This document shows, one piece after another, positions 26,553 to 32,000 of a stretch of 32,000 bases of DNA (the first letter of the stretch is position 1; the number at the start of each line of letters is the position of its first letter). Both the position numbers and the translations under genes were made by a program. The notes beneath the pieces were generated by a model that ran no database searches, was not told where the DNA came from, and worked only from the letters and a program-made list of their open reading frames with translations. The stretch is from the NCBI RefSeq assembly GCF_001564455.1, contig NZ_CP011391.1, positions 630,001 to 662,000 of the forward strand. The letters are read 5' to 3'. This stretch comes from Faecalibaculum rodentium (GTDB lineage: Bacteria; Bacillota_I; Bacilli_A; Erysipelotrichales; Erysipelotrichaceae).

Positions 26553-27705
26553 ACACTTCCACACGGATCACGCCGTCCAGACCGCGGATTTTGTCCAGGG
26601 CATCGGTACTGGGCTGTGCATCCAGGTCCAGCATCGTATACGCGATCTGATCTCTGGACTTGTTGATCAGGTTTTCGATGTTGGCATCTTCCTGTGCAAA
26701 TGCATCGGTGATGCGGGAAATCATCTTCGGTTTGTTTACATGGAATACCGCCACACGGTAGGGTGTGGACATGGAAGCACTGACATTGGGCATGTTCACC
26801 GAGTTGGTGATGTTTCCATACTGCAGATAGTCCATGACTTCCTGCGCGGCCTTGACTGCACAGTTCTCCTCGGATTCCTCCGTGCTGGCACCCAGATGGG
26901 GGATCGGGATCACTTTGTCATGTGCAGCCAGTTTGGCACTGGGGAAATCCGTGACATACAGCGCAACCTTGCCGGAATCAAGCGCTTCCAGGAGGTCATC
27001 GTCATTAACAAGTCCACCGCGCGCGAAGTTCAGGATTTTTACGCCATCCTTCATCTGGCTGATGGCTTCCCTGTCAATGGTGTTTTTTGTGGAATCCATC
27101 AGGGGCAGGTGAAGGGTCACGAAGTCCGCGTCCTTGTAGAGCTCCTTCAGGTCCTTTGCATGTTCGATCCACTTGGACATCTTCCAGGCATTGTCCACCG
27201 ATATATAGGGATCATACCCTTTGACATTCATGCCAAACCGCATGGCCAGGTTGGCCACCTCAATGCCGATGGCACCCAGGCCGATGACACCCAGTGTCTT
27301 GCCCGTCAGCTCATTGCCGGCATATTTCTTTTTCTGCTTTTCCACATCCTTGCCAAGATTTGGGTTGTCTGTCTGCGTCTTGCACCATTCAATGCCGTGA
27401 TAGATATCGCGGCTGGCAAGCAGAAGACCGGCGAACACCAGTTCCTTGACTGCATTGGCATTGGCGCCCGGTGTGTTGAACACCACGATACCCCGCTCAC
27501 TGCACGCCGGCAGATCGATGTTGTTGACACCGGCGCCTGCACGGGCAATGGCTTTCAGGTTTTTGCCATACTCCAGATCATGCAGGTTTGCACTGCGGAC
27601 CACAATGGCATCTTCATCCCCCAGATGTTCTCCGACCTCGAACGCCTCGGTGAACTGATCCAGGCCTTTCTGCGCAATGTTGTTGTAAAGCTTAATGGTA
27701 TACAT
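26542..27705 (-). CDS. serA: D-3-phosphoglycerate dehydrogenase with a C-terminal ACT domain
   Basis: 387 aa. It has the 2-hydroxyacid dehydrogenase NAD motif GVIGLGAIGIEVA and the catalytic region NFARGGLV...HLGAST. The ACT-like tail is YRVAVFHVNKPKMISRITDAF. The start overlaps the serC stop by 1 nt (TGATG). Confidence 0.93.
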   Translation of the reverse strand: MYTIKLYNNIAQKGLDQFTEAFEVGEHLGDEDAIVVRSANLHDLEYGKNLKAIARAGAGVNNIDLPACSERGIVVFNTPGANANAVKELVFAGLLLASRDIYHGIEWCKTQTDNPNLGKDVEKQKKKYAGNELTGKTLGVIGLGAIGIEVANLAMRFGMNVKGYDPYISVDNAWKMSKWIEHAKDLKELYKDADFVTLHLPLMDSTKNTIDREAISQMKDGVKILNFARGGLVNDDDLLEALDSGKVALYVTDFPSAKLAAHDKVIPIPHLGASTEESEENCAVKAAQEVMDYLQYGNITNSVNMPNVSASMSTPYRVAVFHVNKPKMISRITDAFAQEDANIENLINKSRDQIAYTMLDLDAQPSTDALDKIRGLDGVIRVEVYEA

Positions 27706-28781
27706 CAGGCATTCTCCTCTTCAAACTTCTTCATGAAATCAATCAGTGCATCCACGCCTTCCTCCGGCATGGAGTTGTAAATGGAAGCGCGCATGCCGCC
27801 AACTGTGCGGTGACCCTTCACGTTGACCAGCCCGGCTTCTTTTGCTTCCTTGACAAACTTCGCATCCAGCTCCTTGTTGCCGGTCACAAAGGGCACGTTC
27901 ATCAGTGACCGGTCTTCCACGGCAACAGGGTTGGAGTACAGCTTCGAGCTGTCAATGTAGTCATACAGCTTTTTCGCCTTGCGTTCATTGATTTTCTGCA
28001 TGTTTTCCAGGCCGCCAATCACGTCTTCCAGGTACTCGAACATCAGTCCGCACATATAAATGCCGTAGCAGGGAGGTGTGTTGTACAGGGAGTTGGCATC
28101 TGCATGTGTTTTGTAGGACAGCATGGTCGGCAGGTCGGGACGGTCTTCAATCATATCCTTTTTGATGATGACCAGTGTTACGCCTGCAGGGCCGATGTTT
28201 TTCTGGGCACCGGCAAAAATCATGTCGTATTTTGTCACATCCACGGGTTCGGAAAGAATGCAGGAAGACAGGTCCGCAATCAGGCGCTTGCCGTCATGCG
28301 GAGGGAGCTCCTTGTACTTGGTTCCATAAATCGTGTTGTTTTCACAGATATATACATAATCGGTATCAGGGTCCAGATCCTCGTTCGTGATTTTGGGGAT
28401 GTAGGTGAAGTTGTCTTCAGCGCTGGATGCTGCGATGTGTGTTTTACCGAACTTTTCGTGTTCCTTGATGGCTTTCTTGGTCCACTGACCTGTATTGATC
28501 ACATCTGCGCCATTTTTCAGGAAGTTCATCGGAATCATGTCGAACTGAAGGCTGCCTCCGCCCTGCAGAAACAGGATTTCGTAGTCTTCCGGGATATTCA
28601 TAAGCCGGCGCAGTCTGTCCTTTGCGCCGTTCAGGATATTTTCGAAGTCAGAGGACCGGTGGGACATCTCCATCACACTCATGCCGCTTCCGTTGGCATC
28701 AAGCATTTCTTCCGCGGCCCGTTTCAGCACCCATTCAGGCAGGCAGGCAGGTCCGGCTGAAAAATTGTAAACTTTTGACAT
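27705..28781 (-). CDS. serC: Phosphoserine aminotransferase
   Basis: 358 aa from ATG 28781 (MSKVYNFSAGPACLP...). GAGG lies ~9 nt upstream, whereas the ATG at 28790 abuts the RBS. The SerC-like N-terminus NFSAGPA and the block FAGAQKNIGPAGVT (PLP-lysine region) are present. Confidence 0.95.
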   Translation of the reverse strand: MSKVYNFSAGPACLPEWVLKRAAEEMLDANGSGMSVMEMSHRSSDFENILNGAKDRLRRLMNIPEDYEILFLQGGGSLQFDMIPMNFLKNGADVINTGQWTKKAIKEHEKFGKTHIAASSAEDNFTYIPKITNEDLDPDTDYVYICENNTIYGTKYKELPPHDGKRLIADLSSCILSEPVDVTKYDMIFAGAQKNIGPAGVTLVIIKKDMIEDRPDLPTMLSYKTHADANSLYNTPPCYGIYMCGLMFEYLEDVIGGLENMQKINERKAKKLYDYIDSSKLYSNPVAVEDRSLMNVPFVTGNKELDAKFVKEAKEAGLVNVKGHRTVGGMRASIYNSMPEEGVDALIDFMKKFEEENA

Positions 28782-28831
28782 TGTTTTCATACCTCGGTGA
28801 AAAATTCCACCTTTCCTTTCATAGGACTCTT

Positions 28832-28859
28832 ATTATACGCTTACAAGTTGTGAATTCAA
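28832..28859 (-). promoter_or_regulatory. Sigma-A-type promoter candidate for serC-serA-PHP
   Basis: On the minus strand TTGAAT (28859-28854) is followed by a 16-nt spacer and TATAAT (28837-28832). It lies ~50 nt upstream of the serC start. Confidence 0.5.
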
Positions 28860-28928
28860 GCACAAGCAGAAGAGTTGCAAAAAACATCTGTCCATCAGAG
28901 AATGACAAAAGTCACATTCCATTCCAAA

Positions 28929-28951
28929 GCGCTCACAGAGTGAGCGTTTTT
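28929..28951 (+). terminator. Orphan plus-strand intrinsic terminator in a divergent intergenic region
   Basis: CGCTCAC (28930-28936) pairs with GTGAGCG (28940-28946) around loop AGA, followed by a T5 run. There is no plus-strand gene upstream of it. Confidence 0.6.
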
Positions 28952-29029
28952 GCCAATCCGGGCACGTCAATGGCTTTCAGCGGGGCAAAAACGTACGATG
29001 GATACAGGCGAAAGCTCTGGAGGCAACAG

Positions 29030-29524
29030 ATGGCAGACTTTTTTAAGAATCTGGAAAAACACATTGAAGATGGATGGGATGACATCAAGAATGCCGTGAA
29101 AGACAGCGCAGCTGACCTGAAAGAAGGGGCACAGGCCCTGGATGGACGTGTGGACGCCACTCCGGTCATGAAAGCTGAGGAAGCGGAAGCGGCCGGAATC
29201 GTGGAAGGCATGCTGAAAGGCAGCACACTGTGCAGCCCTTGTGCATCCACGGTGGCGACCATTGCACGAACCCCCGGTCACACAGGCCTCACGCTGGCCA
29301 ATTCGGAAGGTGTCATTGTCGCCCTGCCGGACAACCTGCAGGATCAGATTCAGGTGCTGGTGACGGAAGGACAGCCGGTTTCCAGGGGAACCCCGCTGAT
29401 GCAGTTCACGCAGGAGGCCCTGAACAGCTGCACCATAGATCTGGTGCTGCCTGAACTCATGCAGGGACCTGATGGTGAACCGGAACGGATCATCCGCGTC
29501 TTCGGACCGGTGAAACCGGAATAA
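29030..29524 (+). CDS. Hypothetical protein: N-terminal amphipathic helix plus a C-terminal beta-barrel resembling PTS EIIA(Glc)/hybrid-motif domains
   Basis: 164 aa from ATG 29030, with RBS GGAGG at 29019-29023. The track ORF start at 28622 was discarded. By eye, CSPCASTVATIARTPGHTGLTLANSEGVIVALPDN...VTEGQPVSRGTPLMQF aligns to the EIIA-Glc pattern SPV.G.I....T.HA.GL....G.E.LIH.G.DT...V.EGD.V..G..L. Confidence 0.6.
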   Translation: MADFFKNLEKHIEDGWDDIKNAVKDSAADLKEGAQALDGRVDATPVMKAEEAEAAGIVEGMLKGSTLCSPCASTVATIARTPGHTGLTLANSEGVIVALPDNLQDQIQVLVTEGQPVSRGTPLMQFTQEALNSCTIDLVLPELMQGPDGEPERIIRVFGPVKPE

Positions 29525-29594
29525 CAGCCTACAGGCTCAGAAGATTGACAACAGAAGATTTACAATTACACAGAACAGAAAGAAGGCAAACACT

Positions 29595-30266
29595 ATGGCA
29601 AACGATTTCGAAAAAGGATGGGACGCATTCAAGAAGGATGTCGCTGAAGGCTTTGACAAGGTAAAAGACGTATTTGAAGACGCAGGGGATCACATCAAGG
29701 ATTCCTTCGAAGACGAGAAGAAGAAACTGGCTGCGAAAGAAACCGCTGAACGCGCAAAGCACATGGAAGAAGCAAAGGCAGCCAGGGCAAAGGCAGAAGC
29801 CGATCTGGCAGCTGCGAAGGAAAAATGTGCCCAGGTGGAAGCACAGATCAAAGCCGGCACCCTGAAGGTGGAAGACAAGGCTGTTGCAGACGCCAAGGAA
29901 GCTCAGAAAAAAGCGGAAGAAGAACTTGCAAAGGCTGATGCCGAGCTGAAAAAGGCCGAAGAGCGTCTGGAAGTGAAGACCGATGCCGCGAAGGAAAAGG
30001 CCATGGCTGACGCGGAAGCTGCAAAGGCAAAAGCAGAAAAGGAGATGGCGGATGCCAAAGCCGCTCTGGACAAATTCAACGAAGATGTGCGGTCAGGTCT
30101 GGCAAAGGCCGGCGACAAGGCTGAAGTGGATGCCAAAGCCCTGCAGGCAAAGGCAGAAGCCGATCTGAAGAAGGCCCAGGCCGATATCGACAACCTGGCT
30201 GACAAAACAAAAGCCAAGGTTGACGAACTGGGTGACAAAGTCAAGGACGCCTTTGACAAAAAGTAA
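29595..30266 (+). CDS. Ala/Lys/Glu/Asp-rich amphipathic-helix repeat protein (LEA/apolipoprotein-like stress-protein architecture)
   Basis: 223 aa with almost no Pro/Gly/aromatic residues after residue 30. Motifs recur about every 11 residues (EGFDKVKDVFE / DAGDHIKDSFE ... KTKAKVDELGD / KVKDAFDKK). Its N-terminus (FEKGWDAFKKDV) echoes that of the preceding gene (EDGWDDIKNAV). Confidence 0.75.
   Translation: MANDFEKGWDAFKKDVAEGFDKVKDVFEDAGDHIKDSFEDEKKKLAAKETAERAKHMEEAKAARAKAEADLAAAKEKCAQVEAQIKAGTLKVEDKAVADAKEAQKKAEEELAKADAELKKAEERLEVKTDAAKEKAMADAEAAKAKAEKEMADAKAALDKFNEDVRSGLAKAGDKAEVDAKALQAKAEADLKKAQADIDNLADKTKAKVDELGDKVKDAFDKK
29786..29807 (+). repeat. 22-nt exact direct repeat, copy 1 (GGCAAAGGCAGAAGCCGATCTG)
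   Basis: Identical to 30146-30167, 360 nt (120 codons) downstream in the same frame. It encodes (A/G)KAEADL. Confidence 0.9.
30146..30167 (+). repeat. 22-nt exact direct repeat, copy 2
   Basis: Identical to 29786-29807. It indicates an internal duplication within the coiled-coil gene. Confidence 0.9.
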
Positions 30267-30288
30267 ACAGATCCCGAATCTTACAATT

Positions 30289-30317
30289 GCGGAGTGCCTG
30301 ATGGTGCTCCGCTTTTT
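30289..30317 (+). terminator. Strong rho-independent terminator of the 29595-30266 gene (and intron homing-site hairpin)
   Basis: GCGGAGTGCC (30289-30298) pairs with GGTGCTCCGC (30303-30312) around loop TGAT. A T5 run follows (30313-30317). Confidence 0.8.
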
Positions 30318-30319
30318 CG

Positions 30320-32000
30320 GTGTGCCGGGCATGGTGCACTTCTAGCTGGTGAGAGTCCAGCCTCAACTTATCTGCCGGTAAGAGTAGAGAAACGCAAGCG
30401 GACCTATGACTGTAAGGGGGTTCGTGAAAGAAGCGTGTATCAAAGTTCCGAACCTACGAACAGAAATCGGATATAAGGCTGTGGCGGCGGGAGAGGGCGC
30501 CGATGTGTCTTAACCCAACAGGCAGACGTAGCCAAAGCAGTAAATCAGGAGGTCATGGAACGAAAGAAGTGCACCTTACCCCGGGAGGCCCTGTGGACAT
30601 TCCCCATCTGTACTTCGTGAATCAGCCAAGAGGTGAGGTTCAAAGGCAGAGCAGAATGGTCGAAAACGGTTTGTCACAGGGAGTCAGCCAAGGTCGTAGT
30701 AGTGTGGATAGCTTCTGTAATGGAAGAAGGAGCGAAGGACCGAACATGTCTATAGAGTTTCGGCTATATGACAACAGGACACCATTCCAGAAAGATCCTG
30801 TCCAAAGCAGAAGGGAACGTAACCCGGAAGCGGCGGTCGCAAAAGGAATCAGGGAACAGGTGTCCGGTCTGAAAAGGATAGAAAGGAAACTGCAAGTATG
30901 CCGAGAATGATCGAGAGGATCGCACATCCCGCCAATCTGGAAACAGCCTGCAGGAAGGTGAAAGCCAACAAAGGCAGTGCCGGAGTCGATGGGATGGGGG
31001 CGGAAGAACTGTCCGGATACATGGAGGCTCACAAGGAGGAGATCAGTAATGGTCTGCTGAAAGGGACCTATAAGCCCCAGCCTGCAAGAAGGGTCTATAT
31101 CCCCAAACCAAACGGGAAGAAAAGGCCCCTGGGCATCCCCACAGTCGTTGACAGGGTGATCCAGCAGGCAGTGAGTCAGCAGTTGTCGCAAGTCTATGAG
31201 CCAGTATTCAGCGAATACAGCTATGGATTCCGACCGGACAGGAGTGCCCAGCAGGCGGTCCTGCAAGCCATGGTCTACCTGAACGAAGGATATGACTGGA
31301 TCGTGGATCTGGACATAGAGAAGTTCTTTGACCGGGTGAATCAGGACAAGCTGATCTCCATCATCCGGGAACAGATGAATGAATCCGAAGTACTGGGACT
31401 CATTCGGAAATTCCTGAAAGCAGGAGTGATGGAGAATGGCGTGAAGCAGAAAACAGAGGAAGGAACGCCTCAGGGTGGCCCGCTGTCCCCGCTTCTGGCC
31501 AATATCTATCTGGACAAGTTCGACAAGGAGCTTGAAAAGAGAGGACTGCGATTCGTGAGGTATGCGGATGACTGCATCATCTTCACGAAGAGCGAAAAGG
31601 CGGCACACCGTGTGATGGCCAGTGTGATCAGCTGGCTGAAGCGGAAGCTGTTCCTGACAGCCAGCGCTGAGAAAACCAGAGTAGTGAGACCAACCAAAGG
31701 AAAGTTCCCTGGGTTCACATTCTGGAAAGGCAGCGATGGATGGAAGTGCAGGCCGCATGATGACAGCAAGAAACGCCTGAAGGAGAAGATCAGGAGCGTG
31801 ACTGTCCGCAGAAAAGCGGCGGCCATACCGCTGGCGGTCACATTCACGAGGATCAACCAGATCGTACGGGGATGGATCAACTACTACCGAATCGGTGCGA
31901 TGAGTATGTGGCTGAAGGAAACATTTGGCCCATGGATGAGGCACCGGGTGAGGGTAGTGATCCTGAAGCAGTGGAAGCACAGGGGAACGATTTTCACCAA
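30320..32000 (+). mobile_element. Group II intron, class C-like (5' ribozyme domains plus intron-encoded RT/maturase); 3' end beyond window
   Basis: It begins GTGTGCCGGGCATGGTGCAC...GGTGAGAGTCC, 2 nt after the terminator T-run. Then come 578 nt of non-coding structured sequence, followed by the RT ORF. Insertion immediately 3' of a terminator is the hallmark of IIC introns. Confidence 0.88.
30898..32000 (+). CDS. Group II intron reverse transcriptase/maturase (partial, C-terminus outside window)
   Basis: My own translation from ATG 30898 stays open to the window end, which is why it is absent from the track. It begins MPRMIERIAHPANLETACRKVKANKGSAGVDG. RT blocks are RVYIPKPNGKKRPLGIPTVVDRVIQQAV, YGFRPDRSAQQAV, DLDIEKFFDRV, GTPQGGPLSPLLANIYL and FVRYADDCIIF. 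The maturase X block is RGWINYYR. Confidence 0.93.
   Translation, partial: MPRMIERIAHPANLETACRKVKANKGSAGVDGMGAEELSGYMEAHKEEISNGLLKGTYKPQPARRVYIPKPNGKKRPLGIPTVVDRVIQQAVSQQLSQVYEPVFSEYSYGFRPDRSAQQAVLQAMVYLNEGYDWIVDLDIEKFFDRVNQDKLISIIREQMNESEVLGLIRKFLKAGVMENGVKQKTEEGTPQGGPLSPLLANIYLDKFDKELEKRGLRFVRYADDCIIFTKSEKAAHRVMASVISWLKRKLFLTASAEKTRVVRPTKGKFPGFTFWKGSDGWKCRPHDDSKKRLKEKIRSVTVRRKAAAIPLAVTFTRINQIVRGWINYYRIGAMSMWLKETFGPWMRHRVRVVILKQWKHRGTIFT

Noticed and set aside
28622-29029. Upstream extension of track ORF 28622..29524.
   Set aside because: It overlaps the serC 5' end and promoter, and it crosses an intrinsic terminator. A GGAGG RBS precedes the internal ATG at 29030.
30503-30910. 135-aa plus-strand ORF, and the 446-aa minus-strand ORF 30640..31980.
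   Set aside because: The first lies within group II intron ribozyme domains I-III. The second is antisense to the clearly recognisable RT/maturase reading frame.

Overview
GC-rich bacterial chromosomal window with Bacillota-style signals: GGAGG-type ribosome-binding sites, an S-box-like leader on metK, a DivIC/FtsB-type septum protein and PHP-family phosphatases. Most of it is housekeeping, organised as short transcription units separated by clear hairpin terminators. These include mnmG, an ftsB/divIC-like gene, glgP, dxr, metG, metK, eno, a minus-strand serC-serA-PHP phosphatase operon and a lone tRNA-Glu(CUC). Accessory genes are interspersed. They are an orphan OmpR-type winged-helix regulator with a degenerate stub receiver, a secreted acidic low-complexity surface protein, and an RDD membrane domain fused to a PHP domain. 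Others are an XRE regulator, a DtxR/MntR-like repressor divergent from a long U32-family protein, and a stand-alone BcsA-like GT2 synthase with a degenerate PilZ-like tail. The remainder are an M19 dipeptidase, a Y_phosphatase3-type phosphatase, a sugar-phosphate nucleotidyltransferase, and a two-gene pair (EIIA-like barrel plus an Ala/Lys/Glu-rich amphipathic repeat protein). From 30320 to the window end lies a class C-like group II intron docked directly behind the intrinsic terminator of the upstream gene. Its RT/maturase ORF (from 30898) runs off the window and is therefore missing from the ORF track. I found no CRISPR array, rRNA, transposase/integrase or recognisable defence system. No single feature clearly represents a new system. 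The best hypotheses are the PHP phosphatase coupled to serC-serA, the orphan synthase, the RDD-PHP fusion with His-to-Arg changes, and a roughly 200-nt promoter-to-terminator unit at 23518-23726. None of these is proven by sequence alone. Many long ORFs in the track are antisense artefacts of high GC content.
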